Assembly: GCA_018656645.1 (NCBI GenBank)
Contig: JABHZL010000121.1
Location: 3,182 to 67,181 of the forward strand
Direction: 5' to 3'
Source: Phycisphaerae bacterium
GTDB taxonomy: Bacteria > Planctomycetota > Phycisphaerae > Phycisphaerales > SM1A02
Length of the DNA: 64,000 bases
Part shown: positions 8,124-18,400 of the stretch, piece after piece
Numbering within the stretch: the stretch's first letter is position 1
Layout of the letters: each line of letters begins with the position of its first letter
Notes under the pieces: model-generated
Told to the model about the DNA's origin: nothing
Database searches by the model: none
Seen by the model: the letters and a program-made list of their open reading frames with translations, nothing else
Translations under genes and position numbers: made by a program

Positions 8124-10403
8124 TCAAAACTGTGATCTTGAGGAATCGGGAATGACAATTTCTAAGTTTGCGTATTCAAGCACAAGATGTTTCGTTCCGC
8201 TTGGAAAATCAATTGTGACCGTCGACCCTCGTTCCCTTCGCAATACTCGTTGGACTTTTCCAACTCCAAATCGTTTGTGACGAACAATTGTTCCAAGTGT
8301 AATTTCTGTTGTGTTTTCTGCTGATTTCAATTCTGGTGCAATTTGCGTATCCCACTTGTCTACAACTGTTTCTTGATGTGTATGAGATCCGCTCATTTCT
8401 CGCAAAAAACGACTCGGCATTGCTCTTTCAGTCAACCCTCGCTGGGTCCGTCGTAGGGTCGAACTTATATGAAGGTGTTTCCGAGCTCTTGTAATTCCAA
8501 CAAAACACAGACGGCGTTCTTCTTCCATTTGTGTGTCGTCAAATACAGCACGCATATGTGGTAGCAAACCATCTTCGAGTCCAGCAATTGCAACGAAATC
8601 GTATTCCAATCCTTTTGAAGCATGTAATGTCATCAGGGTAACTGCACCAATACGTGGATCAATTGCATCGGAATCACTCACGAGTGCGATATGTTCTAAA
8701 AATGCAAAGAGTAACTGCAAAGGCGATGCATCATCATCCTCTGATCTTTCTTCAAAATCTGAAGCAGCCGAAATCAATTCTTCAAGGTTTTGTAGTCGTT
8801 CGTGATCTTCTTCAGTTCCAATTCGTTTGAGTGAAGCTTCAAGACCTGATTCTCGAACCATGCGTTCTACTAAATCTGCAAGCGAAGCGGCAGCAGTCAA
8901 ACTCTGCGTCGAATCTGAGTCTATCCGCCATTTTGTCACCATTTGATGAAATAAATGCAAGGCTTTTACTGCTCGAGCAGTGAAACCAAGATCCTTTGAG
9001 ACAAACTCCGCAGCAGCAAGCATATTCAATCCTCGCGTTGATGCAAGTTGTTCAAGTCGAACGAGAGATGTTTTTCCAATCCCACGCGCTGGAGCGTTGA
9101 TGATTCTTCGAAATGCAACATCATCTTTGGGGTTCACAAGCAATCGTAAATATGAAACGGCATCTTTCACTTCTCTGCGATCGTAGAACGCGGTGCCACG
9201 AGCAACAATGTAAGGAACGCCTTCGTTACGAAATGCATCTTCAAGTACACGGCTCAAGGCGTTAACTCTGTATAAGACAGCCATTTCCTTATACGGGGTA
9301 CCTTCCTTGTGCAATCGCTTGACTTCATGGATAATTGTTTCTGCTTCTTCATGTTCATTTTGCAACGTCACCATAACTGGCTTGTTACCTTTTTCAAGAT
9401 CTGTATAAAGACGCTTTTCTTTGCGTAGTTTGTTGTGTGCAATTAACTTTGCAGCAGTTTCTACGATGTACCCCGTGCTTCTAAAGTTTCTGCCAAGTGG
9501 CACCACTGCTGCGTTTTCGTACTGGCTTTCAAAATCCAATATGTTTGAAATATCTGCGCCTCGCCAAGCATAAATGGATTGATCAGGATCGCCAACTACA
9601 CATATATTCCTGTGTCTTGATGCAATATGATCAGCGATCACAAATTGCGTTCGGTTCGTATCTTGGTATTCATCAATGAGTAAATATTGATACCGCTGCT
9701 GTAATTCGTTTCGCACTTCGGCATCACGACCAAGTAACTGCGCGGTACACAACAACAAATCGTCGAAATCAACAGCATCATTAGATCGTAAGATTGATTC
9801 ATAAGATCGGTAAATTTTAGCGATTGTTTTTGCATGAAAATCTTGTGCTTCTGCTGCAAATGCTTCTGCATCGAGCAATTGATTTTTCGCTCCGCTGATA
9901 ATCGACAACACTGAAGCAGGTTTCCAATTTGATTCACTGAGTTCACATGCGCGAATTGCTGTTTTTACAGCAGATTTCTGATCGGATGTATCGTAGATTG
10001 TAAATGAACGTGAACCAATAATTCGATCTCCCCACGATCGAAGAGTCCGCGCGCAAAACGAATGGAATGTTGAAACAGTTAACCCTTTTATGCCGTACGT
10101 TTCTGGATCAATCATTGAGAACACACGCTCTCGCATTTCAGTTGCAGCCTTGTTTGTAAACGTTAGTGCAAGTATGTTCCAAGGTGCAACACCTTGCGCA
10201 ACAAGGTTCGCAATCCGTTTTGTTACAACGGTTGTTTTTCCAGATCCTGGACCTGCGAGCACCAAGATAGGACCCTCGGTGTGTGTGACCGAAGTTATTT
10301 GTGCGTCTGTGAGTCCCTCTACGATTGCTTCCGTGCTTCTCATCCCTCCATTGTACTCCTCATTTGCCGAGCCCCTCTCAGGCATGCCAAAATGGGTCTG
10401 CAA
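8124..10403 (-). CDS. uvrD: ATP-dependent DNA helicase, UvrD/PcrA family
   Basis: Walker A AGPGSGKTTV, motifs LALTFTNKAATEM and DEYQDTN, and VGDPDQSIYAWRGA are present, with a C-terminal Tudor-like tail (GTIVRHKRFGVGKV). The start is uncertain (M1 at 10403 or M21 at 10343). Confidence 0.9.
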   Translation of the reverse strand: MQTHFGMPERGSANEEYNGGMRSTEAIVEGLTDAQITSVTHTEGPILVLAGPGSGKTTVVTKRIANLVAQGVAPWNILALTFTNKAATEMRERVFSMIDPETYGIKGLTVSTFHSFCARTLRSWGDRIIGSRSFTIYDTSDQKSAVKTAIRACELSESNWKPASVLSIISGAKNQLLDAEAFAAEAQDFHAKTIAKIYRSYESILRSNDAVDFDDLLLCTAQLLGRDAEVRNELQQRYQYLLIDEYQDTNRTQFVIADHIASRHRNICVVGDPDQSIYAWRGADISNILDFESQYENAAVVPLGRNFRSTGYIVETAAKLIAHNKLRKEKRLYTDLEKGNKPVMVTLQNEHEEAETIIHEVKRLHKEGTPYKEMAVLYRVNALSRVLEDAFRNEGVPYIVARGTAFYDRREVKDAVSYLRLLVNPKDDVAFRRIINAPARGIGKTSLVRLEQLASTRGLNMLAAAEFVSKDLGFTARAVKALHLFHQMVTKWRIDSDSTQSLTAAASLADLVERMVRESGLEASLKRIGTEEDHERLQNLEELISAASDFEERSEDDDASPLQLLFAFLEHIALVSDSDAIDPRIGAVTLMTLHASKGLEYDFVAIAGLEDGLLPHMRAVFDDTQMEEERRLCFVGITRARKHLHISSTLRRTQRGLTERAMPSRFLREMSGSHTHQETVVDKWDTQIAPELKSAENTTEITLGTIVRHKRFGVGKVQRVLRRERGSTVTIDFPSGTKHLVLEYANLEIVIPDSSRSQF

Positions 10404-10525
10404 CTACATCTAGAGCCCAAAATCTCCTCCAACGACACCCTTTCCACACTCCTACAGACGGCTATTCCTCAATTACTTGCCCATAACTCCTTCAATATGA
10501 GGCAATTAGAAATAAAATCAAAGAT

Positions 10526-10572
10526 CCACAATATTTTGCGGTTTAGATAGTTACAGACGCTACATGTGGTAG
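10526..10572 (+). promoter_or_regulatory. Candidate tandem NrdR boxes upstream of nrdJ
   Basis: CCACAATATTTTGCGG (10526-10541) matches about 12/16 of the NrdR-box consensus acaCwAtATaTwGtgt as I recall it. ACGCTACATGTGGTAG (10557-10572) matches about 10/16. The centres are 31 bp apart, which is the usual tandem spacing. Confidence 0.35.
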
Positions 10573-10814
10573 TACGATAGTCATATGTTGGCTTCCCATT
10601 GTTGAAAGCCTTCATGATCGAGAAAGGCAGAAAAAAGCATGAAAAACAGGCTAAAAACGAAGATTACAGTGAAAATACAGAAAAAAACAGTGTTTTTTGA
10701 GAATTGAGAAAGTGGAATGGGAGTTTCCAACAACAACAATGTTATGGGACATAGAGAGTTAAAAGTGGCTGCAACAATGCCAACAACTCGGTGCAAGGAA
10801 GCAATAAAAGAACA

Positions 10815-13800
10815 ATGAATATTACTAGAAGATTTACGACTGCTGATACTGATGTGTGGAACTCTGTTGCGTGGACAACACGATCAACGAAAATTACAAA
10901 CGCCGATGGTTCCATCGTTTTCGAAATGAACGATGCTGAGTTACCAGCGCAATGGAGTCAACTTGCTTCTGACATCATGGTGAGTAAATATTTTCGTAAG
11001 TCCGGCGTACCTATCATAAAAGAAGATGGCACCCCAGAGTTAAATTCCAAAGGCAAAGCAGTCACTGGTCCAGAGCGATCGGCAAAGCAGGTGATTCATA
11101 GACTCGTTGGTTGTTGGCGAAGTTGGGGTGAGTCACATGGGTACTTTGACACACCAGAAGATGCCGAAGCTTTTTACGATGAACTTGTTTGGATGATGTT
11201 GCATCAAGTCAGCGCACCAAATAGCCCACAATGGTTTAACACGGGTTTGAACTGGGCGTACGGCATTACGGGTCCCGCACAAGGCCATGTCGTTGCTGAT
11301 CCTGAAACCGGCAACGTCCACCCCGCTCCTGATGCGTATTCCCATCCACAACCACACGCGTGCTTTATTCAGTCTGTTGCTGATGATCTTGTTGGTGACG
11401 ATGGCATCATGAACCTTTGGCTCCGAGAAGCTCGCCTTTTTAAATATGGTTCTGGCACAGGTTCTAATTTTTCTGCAGTTCGTGGAAGTGACGAACCTCT
11501 TTCAGGTGGTGGGAAATCCAGCGGCTTGATGAGTTTCTTAAAAATTGGTGACCGTGCTGCTGGCGCTATTAAATCTGGTGGTACAACACGCCGCGCTGCA
11601 AAAATGGTTTCACTCGATGTTGATCACCCGGACATCGAGGAATTTGTCAACTGGAAAGTTCGTGAAGAACTCAAAGTTGCTGCACTTGTTGAGGGGATGA
11701 AACACCTCACAGAAGAACAAAAGAAACAAGCACAAGATTTAGACCTTCAACTTGATTACGATTTCAATGGCGAAGCGTATCAAACAGTCGCAGGCCAAAA
11801 CTCCAATAACTCAGTTCGAATTTCTCATGATTTCTTTGAAGCAGTCGATCGGGATGAAGATTGGAAATTAATTCAACGTACAGATGGCGAAGTTTCCAAA
11901 ACCATCCCAGCAAACGGGCTTTGGGATCAAATTTGTAATGCTGCATGGCACTGCGCGGATCCAGGTGTGCAATTCGATTCAACAATCAATGATTGGCACA
12001 CGTGTCCGAAAAGTGGTCGCATCAACGCTTCGAATCCTTGTAGCGAATACATGTTCCTCGATGACACTGCGTGCAACTTGGCATCACTGAACTTGATTCG
12101 GTTCTATGACAAAGACACACGAATTTTTGATATAGATTCATTCGAACATGCGATCTCGCTCTGGACAGTCGTCCTTGAAATTTCCGTATTGATGGCAGCA
12201 TTTCCGTCAGAAGAAATCGCACACAAAAGTTGGCGATACCGAACACTCGGCCTTGGTTTTGCAAACCTAGGTGCAGTGCTCATGCAAGCGGGCATCCCTT
12301 ATGACAGCGAAGAAGGTCGTGCCGTCGGCGCGGCAATCTCTTCAATCTTAACTGGTCGATCATATGCAGTAAGCGCTGAGATGGCAGCAGAACATGGTCC
12401 GTTCGACGGTTTTGCAGATAATTCCAAGGAAATGTTACGTGTGATTCGAAACCACCAACGGGCATCTCAGGGTATTGCCCGAGATAGTGGCGAATACGAA
12501 AAATTACGCGTTGCTCCAGTTCCAATCAAGCACGAGCTCTTCCTAGAAAGTTCGATCAACATCGAAAACGCTGGTGATATTCTTGGCCGCGCAGTACAAG
12601 CATGGAACGAAGCAATAGACCTTGGCGAACGGCATGGATACCGAAACGCACAGACAACTGTCATTGCACCAACTGGCACAATCGGTTTATTGATGGATTG
12701 TGACACGACTGGTGTTGAGCCTGATTTCGCACTCACTAAATTCAAAAAACTTGCTGGTGGTGGATACTTCAAAATCGCAAACCAATCGATTCGACCTGCG
12801 CTAATTGCACTCGGTTACAGCAAAGATGAAACTGACCGAATCCTCACGTACGTTATGGGCACGCTCGCACTTGATTCCCCTATGCCAGAGAGTTGGATGG
12901 AAGATGACAAGCAAGTTTCGTTCCGTGAATTCCTGATGGATCGTGGTTTTACAAACGAAGACCTTATTTCTATTGAAGACACACTTCCAACTGTATTTGA
13001 CCTTTCTTTTGCATTCTCATCTTGGTCAATACCAGAACATATTCTCAAAAAATATGAACTTACAAGAGAATCTGCAACAAGCAATGCTGCGTTTAATGGA
13101 CTTCGCCTACTCGGATTAACGGGCGATGAAATTCGCGACCTCAACCGAAGAGTCTGTGGTACTGGTACACTTGAAGGTGCACCAGGACTTGAAGAAGAAC
13201 ACCTCGCAGTCTTTGACTGTGCTAGCAGATGTGGTGAAACCGGAACACGGTTTATCTCTCCAGAAGGTCACATACGCATGATGGCAGCTTGTCAGCCTTT
13301 TATTACTGGCGCTATCTCTAAAACAATTAACTTACCAAACGAAGCATCAACCGAAGATATCGCACGGTCATATTGGCTCAGCTGGGAATTGGGGTTGAAA
13401 TCAAATGCACTCTACCGAGATGGCTGCAAACTGAGCCAACCACTCAACACCAAGAGTGATGCAACTTTAGATGACGATGAAGATGAACTTGATATTGCTG
13501 CAGCACGTGATGAAGTTGCGGAGGAGGTTGTCATTGCTGCAGGTATGGTTGAAGAACAACCACCTCGCGTCATCGAAAAGATTGTAGAAAAAATTATCGA
13601 GAAGCCAATGCGAAAGCGTCTTCCTGATACACGCAAAAGTATCACACATCACTTTAATGTTGCTGGTCATGAAGGCTACCTCACTGTTGGGATGTACGAC
13701 GCGGGTGGACCGGGCGAACTCTTCATTACTATGTCTAAGGAAGGTTCAACCATTGGCGGATTAATGGACAGCCTAGGCACAGCAATCAGCGTTGCTTTGC

Positions 13801-14366
13801 AATACGGCGTTCCAATTGAAAGCCTTGTAACGAAATTTGCACACCAACGCTTTGAACCACAAGGCGTAACCGCAAACCGTGACATTCCTTTTGCGAAAAG
13901 TCTTGTAGATTACATCTTCCGCTGGATGGGGATGCAATTCATCACTGGGTACCGAGAAGAAAATATACCTCAGCGATCTTCACCTGCTCCCAAAAAATCT
14001 ACCCCTGAAAGAAGCACAACCGAACGAACGACCGCTGTCAAGGAGGACAACCGATGGTCAAACATACCAGATATGGCACCGAAAACTTCTTCTACGATCA
14101 CAACACCTACCGATCGTACTTCCACGGAGAAGACCGAAACCGCTTCCAGCACTGTTATTCAGGAAACAGTTTCGATCGAAGCAGCGCAATTCACCTCCGG
14201 AGGCATCGTCACCGAGAGTGTTGCACTCAAAGCATCTGCTTTGAGCCAGTCAACCGCAGCGCTGCAAGGCGATGCACCACCGTGTCCTGAATGTGGACAA
14301 ATAACTGTACGAAATGGCACTTGCTACAAGTGTATGAACTGCGGCGCTTCACTTGGTTGCAGTTAG
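10815..14366 (+). CDS. nrdJ: Adenosylcobalamin-dependent ribonucleoside-diphosphate reductase (class II)
   Basis: The ORF is 10791..14366 and I prefer the ATG at 10815 (MNITRRFTT). Supporting motifs are NPCSEYMFLDDTACNLASLNL and TVIAPTGTIGLLMDCDTTGVEPDF. The C-terminus has an S/T-rich linker plus a zinc ribbon, CPECGQITVRNGTCYKCMNCG, typical of long NrdJ. Confidence 0.9.
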   Translation: MNITRRFTTADTDVWNSVAWTTRSTKITNADGSIVFEMNDAELPAQWSQLASDIMVSKYFRKSGVPIIKEDGTPELNSKGKAVTGPERSAKQVIHRLVGCWRSWGESHGYFDTPEDAEAFYDELVWMMLHQVSAPNSPQWFNTGLNWAYGITGPAQGHVVADPETGNVHPAPDAYSHPQPHACFIQSVADDLVGDDGIMNLWLREARLFKYGSGTGSNFSAVRGSDEPLSGGGKSSGLMSFLKIGDRAAGAIKSGGTTRRAAKMVSLDVDHPDIEEFVNWKVREELKVAALVEGMKHLTEEQKKQAQDLDLQLDYDFNGEAYQTVAGQNSNNSVRISHDFFEAVDRDEDWKLIQRTDGEVSKTIPANGLWDQICNAAWHCADPGVQFDSTINDWHTCPKSGRINASNPCSEYMFLDDTACNLASLNLIRFYDKDTRIFDIDSFEHAISLWTVVLEISVLMAAFPSEEIAHKSWRYRTLGLGFANLGAVLMQAGIPYDSEEGRAVGAAISSILTGRSYAVSAEMAAEHGPFDGFADNSKEMLRVIRNHQRASQGIARDSGEYEKLRVAPVPIKHELFLESSINIENAGDILGRAVQAWNEAIDLGERHGYRNAQTTVIAPTGTIGLLMDCDTTGVEPDFALTKFKKLAGGGYFKIANQSIRPALIALGYSKDETDRILTYVMGTLALDSPMPESWMEDDKQVSFREFLMDRGFTNEDLISIEDTLPTVFDLSFAFSSWSIPEHILKKYELTRESATSNAAFNGLRLLGLTGDEIRDLNRRVCGTGTLEGAPGLEEEHLAVFDCASRCGETGTRFISPEGHIRMMAACQPFITGAISKTINLPNEASTEDIARSYWLSWELGLKSNALYRDGCKLSQPLNTKSDATLDDDEDELDIAAARDEVAEEVVIAAGMVEEQPPRVIEKIVEKIIEKPMRKRLPDTRKSITHHFNVAGHEGYLTVGMYDAGGPGELFITMSKEGSTIGGLMDSLGTAISVALQYGVPIESLVTKFAHQRFEPQGVTANRDIPFAKSLVDYIFRWMGMQFITGYREENIPQRSSPAPKKSTPERSTTERTTAVKEDNRWSNIPDMAPKTSSTITTPTDRTSTEKTETASSTVIQETVSIEAAQFTSGGIVTESVALKASALSQSTAALQGDAPPCPECGQITVRNGTCYKCMNCGASLGCS

Positions 14367-14643
14367 TGAGAAAGGAACAATTGGTTGGGAATGATTGATG
14401 TTAGGACACGGATGACAGGAGTTGTCCACAGTGATGGTGGAAGGATCTGCCTCACTGCCGCAGATGAAGATGGAGTGTCATTCTGCAGCGTGCTTACTTG
14501 AGCAAACAACCCTGATACACCTATGTCAATCATTATGTACACGCCTACGGATCAAGGATGAACTGAGGCACCCCGTGCGAAGTCCCTGCACTTTGGATGA
14601 CATTCTCTAGTCATCATGCAGACATTGACTTCTTCTCTTCCCT

Positions 14644-14682
14644 CCCCCCGAGACGGACCCACCACCGGCTCGGGGGTTTTTT
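14644..14682 (+). terminator. Rho-independent terminator
   Basis: CCCCCGAGACGG-acccacca-CCGGCTCGGGGG forms a 12-bp stem with one mismatch and is followed by TTTTTTT (14676-14682). It lies 275 nt after the nrdJ stop and 50 nt before nuoA. Confidence 0.8.
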
Positions 14683-14731
14683 TGTGACGCCAAACTCGCA
14701 GAGAGTGAGTTTTGATACAATCCCAACCGCA

Positions 14732-15109
14732 ATGGACTTCACGAATTATCTTCCAGTTTTACTCATCATCCTTATGGCTGTAGGCTTTGGGGTCATCAAT
14801 ATCGTCGCTTCGGGTCTGCTTGGACCGAAGCGTTCGGGGGATGTCAAAGACTCAGTGTATGAGTCAGGGATGAACCCAATTGGCACTGCTAGAAAAAGAT
14901 TTAACGTTCGCTTTTTCATCCTCGCAATGACGTTCTTAGTTTTTGATATCGAGATTATCTTCCTCTATCCATGGGCAGTTGATTTCACCCAACTCGCCCA
15001 AGGAAGCCCTGAAGCAACACTGTTTTTTGGCCGAATTCTTTTCTTTCTTGGCACGAGCATTTTCGCATATATATATGCGTGGAAAAAAGGTGTTTTTCGC
15101 TGGGATTAA
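14732..15109 (+). CDS. nuoA: NADH-quinone oxidoreductase subunit A
   Basis: From the ATG at 14732 the product is MDFTNYLPVLLIILMAVGFGV...YESGMNPIGTARKRFNVRFFILAMTFLVFDIEIIFLYPWAV, the canonical NuoA/ND3 pattern. The longer track ORF (14597) spans the terminator and is unlikely. Confidence 0.88.
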   Translation: MDFTNYLPVLLIILMAVGFGVINIVASGLLGPKRSGDVKDSVYESGMNPIGTARKRFNVRFFILAMTFLVFDIEIIFLYPWAVDFTQLAQGSPEATLFFGRILFFLGTSIFAYIYAWKKGVFRWD

Positions 15110-15188
15110 GGTATTGAGCAAAGGGCTCGCTTTCGGATAGAATGCCCTGCCCCCAAATGATTACTCTGATGGGGACCGCACTTGTTTG

Positions 15189-15309
<121 letters not shown>

Positions 15310-15479
15310 CAAATCGCTCATTTACATTAGGTAGTTTTCGGACGTAAAAACAGCACTCAATTGAAAATTTATTGATTTTGCACGGTATTTTCTCGACATT
15401 TTGCTTTGATTGTGGCATAGTTGCAGATGATTCAACACTGAATCACTACGTAGAAAGATACCACTCGAGGTCAAAGAAG

Positions 15480-18400
15480 ATGATTAGAACAATTTCAATT
15501 TTGTGTGTTTGTCTTTTCAGTATTGTTTCTATTGCCAAAGCACAATATGGTGATGAATGTGCGGATGCCGTGACAGCAACTCTCTCTGGTCCCAACTACT
15601 TCGACACAAGTAGCATGAACCCAAGTAATGAACCAGATCCAGACGACTCAATGTGTTACGGAACATACCTGAATTGGAATAATAGCCCAGACATGTGGTT
15701 TGTTTTTACAGCATTAGCAGACGACACCTACAACTTTTCTACTTGCAATCTCGATGGTTACGACACCTCGATGGTTCTATATAAAGGAGATTGCACTGGC
15801 TTGATTCAAATCGCATGTAATGGGGACAGCCCCAACTCCTCCAATGATTGTCAACCTTATTACTCAGAGATTGAATTTGGTTTGATTGCAGAGACAGATT
15901 ACTATGTAAGAATCGGTGGGTTTGGTGGAGGCTATGGTTTTGGAGAATTGACAATCACTTCAGCGGGCGGAAGTGGTGGTGGAGAAATCTGGCACGTTGA
16001 CACTGATATCCTTGCAAGTGGTGATGGAACAAGTTGGGGTACTGCGTTCGAGACAATAGAAGAGGCGCTCACCGTCGCTGTCGATGATGATGAAATATGG
16101 ATCGCTGAGGGTCAATACATACCAACTGAAGAACAAACTTCTGGTGATTCAAGAAGTGTTTCGTTTCTCATTAGGCAAGCCATTAGCATCTATGGTGGAT
16201 TTGATGGAACAGAACTTACTTTGGAAGATCGTGATGTTTCCTCACACCACACTATCCTTACTGGTGACATATATGGTGATGATAATTCAGGAGATAATAT
16301 AAGTGAAAATGCATATCACGTAATATCATCAATGAATGTAATTACAGGATCAATCATAATTGATGGGCTATGGATTTACGGGGGCAATGCTAACGTTGCT
16401 GCAGAACCATTAGGTGGAGGTATTTTCATAGACGATTCAACTACAGTTCCGATCAATGTAAGTTTATGCAAAATTCGAGATAATAATGCAATCAATGGTG
16501 GTGGAATTGCTGTTGAGAATACTAGCCTATCACTCCTCAAGGCTAAAATAAAATTAAACAACGCAAGTTTATACGGTGGAGGCTTATATATAAATGGTGA
16601 TCTAGAAATCGATTCATGCTTGATTACAGCAAACAAATCTACGCTTGGAGAAGGCGGCGGGATCATTACTTCTGGAGATCTTTCCATACTCAATACAACA
16701 ATTTCACAAAACTCTTCGAGAACCGCTGGTGGTATTTCTACTTATGGTCCATCTGTCAATGTAGAAAACTCCATCATCTGGGGAAACAACAGTACATATG
16801 GGTCAAGTGCACAATTTCATGGCAGTTACGCGACGATCGGTGCAAGGTACAGTTGTATTGAAGACTTACCTGATGAGTTATCAGGAAATGGAAACATTTC
16901 ATTGAATCCTCACTTTGCAAACCCATATGGAGCTGATGGAGTAGCAGGATCTGGTGATGAAAATTATCGGTTATTCCAGGGTTCACCCTGTATCGATGCT
17001 GGGGACAATACAGTTGTTACAACGTCGAGAGATCTTGACGGAGTTTTGAGATTTATTGATGATCCTTACACTGTTGACACAGGTAATGATCTAGATGGAA
17101 ACGCTATTGCCGACATGGGACCATTCGAGCTAGTTCCAGCCGACGTCGCACAAGATGGTGTACGAATCTGGTCCGGTTTGAACTCTGATCAATTCCAAGA
17201 CCCAGACAACTGGCTCCCTATTGATGTCCCCGGTGAATTTGATATTGCTTTATTCAACTTAGATACCGTGTATGAAATTTTCGCTGTGGAAGATTTTGCG
17301 ATCGACAAATTTGATGTTTCTCTTGGCAATATTAGAATTGATTTAGACGGTCATTCTTTCCAATTTAGAGACACTATCAACCCATTACAATTTAGCCAAA
17401 GTACCAGATCTTCTTCTCTTGGTTTCAAAAACGGATTTGTGTATAGTCAAGGTGATATTAAAATCACAGGTGAAGATAATAAATTAATAATCAATAGTGA
17501 TGCGAGCATGTACGCAGAAAAATTAATCATCAATGATGGAGCCATACTCGACATCAGTGGTGAAGTAACTGCTAACGTTATTAACTCTGGAGGCATTATC
17601 GATATTGGTGGCGCACAGATCACAAATGCATATCTCGGTGGATCCCTTAATGAAACTGATCAACTCGAAGATCCCCTCCTACCAAGTGAAATCATTTTTG
17701 ATATTGAAGGTCTTGTTGCGGGTATCAGCCATGACTTCCTTTCAGTAAGTGGTTCGATTGACCTTACTGGCATGACCATCAATTTACGCTACAGTGACAC
17801 TTGGACTCCTACAGATGGAGATGTATTTAATTTGGCCGATTCTGGTGCAGGCATAAGCGGCTTGCCTCAGATACTCACGTATTCTGGATTACCAAGCGAG
17901 TATGTTTGCCATTGGGAAAATATACCTGCTGCGAGAGGTGGTAGTGGCGAAGCAACTGTCACAACAACTGGTCCAATTATTTTTGGTAGTGCAAACACCA
18001 CGGCGCTCAACGCTACACCTAACGATATTGTTGTCGCAGATTTTGATGGAGTGAATGGACCAGATATCGCAATGTCGATGCCTTCCTTTGGTTCACCCGC
18101 CACTGTTGATATTCTGCTCAACAATGGTACAAGTGGAGGTGTATGGCTGGGTTTTGCAGCACCAATAAGTATCTCAACTGGTACCACTGCCGAAGATCTT
18201 GAAGTAGGTAATCTTAACGATGACAATGCACCTGATCTCGCTGTAACCAATTATGATGACGATACAGTGACGATTCTGACCAATGATGGTTCAGCAAGCT
18301 TTAGTACAACAACCCTTTCCGTTGGTACAGGTAATAAACCAATCTCACTTGCTATTGGTGACTTTAATAATGATGATGGCAATCTTCTTTCAGATTTAGC

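Noticed and set aside
10614-10700. 28-codon Lys/Glu-rich mini-ORF in the nrdJ leader (MIEKGRKKHEKQAKNEDYSENTEKNSVF).
   Set aside because: It is most simply a by-product of the purine-rich tract. It has no SD, and there is no evidence for a leader-peptide mechanism at class II RNR genes.
10581-10796. 71-aa hydrophobic minus-strand ORF in the same leader.
   Set aside because: It is the pyrimidine-rich complement of the A-rich tract (Phe/Leu-rich by composition). It has no start context and would be antisense to the nrdJ leader.
10815-14366. Intein or mobile insertion in the 1183-aa NrdJ.
   Set aside because: The length is explained by the usual long class II architecture plus an S/T-rich linker and a C-terminal zinc ribbon. 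I saw no intein splice-junction blocks (N-terminal Cys/Ser with a C-terminal HN-Cys/Ser/Thr).
14367-14643. tmRNA, RNase P RNA, 6S RNA or SRP RNA in the post-nrdJ region.
   Set aside because: None of the diagnostic motifs are present. These are a tRNA-like 3' end with TTCGAATCC-type T-arm and a tag ORF, GAGGAAAGTCCGGGC, a long closing stem with a central bubble, and the SRP GGAA/AGCA domain IV. The region is left as an unclassified RNA candidate.
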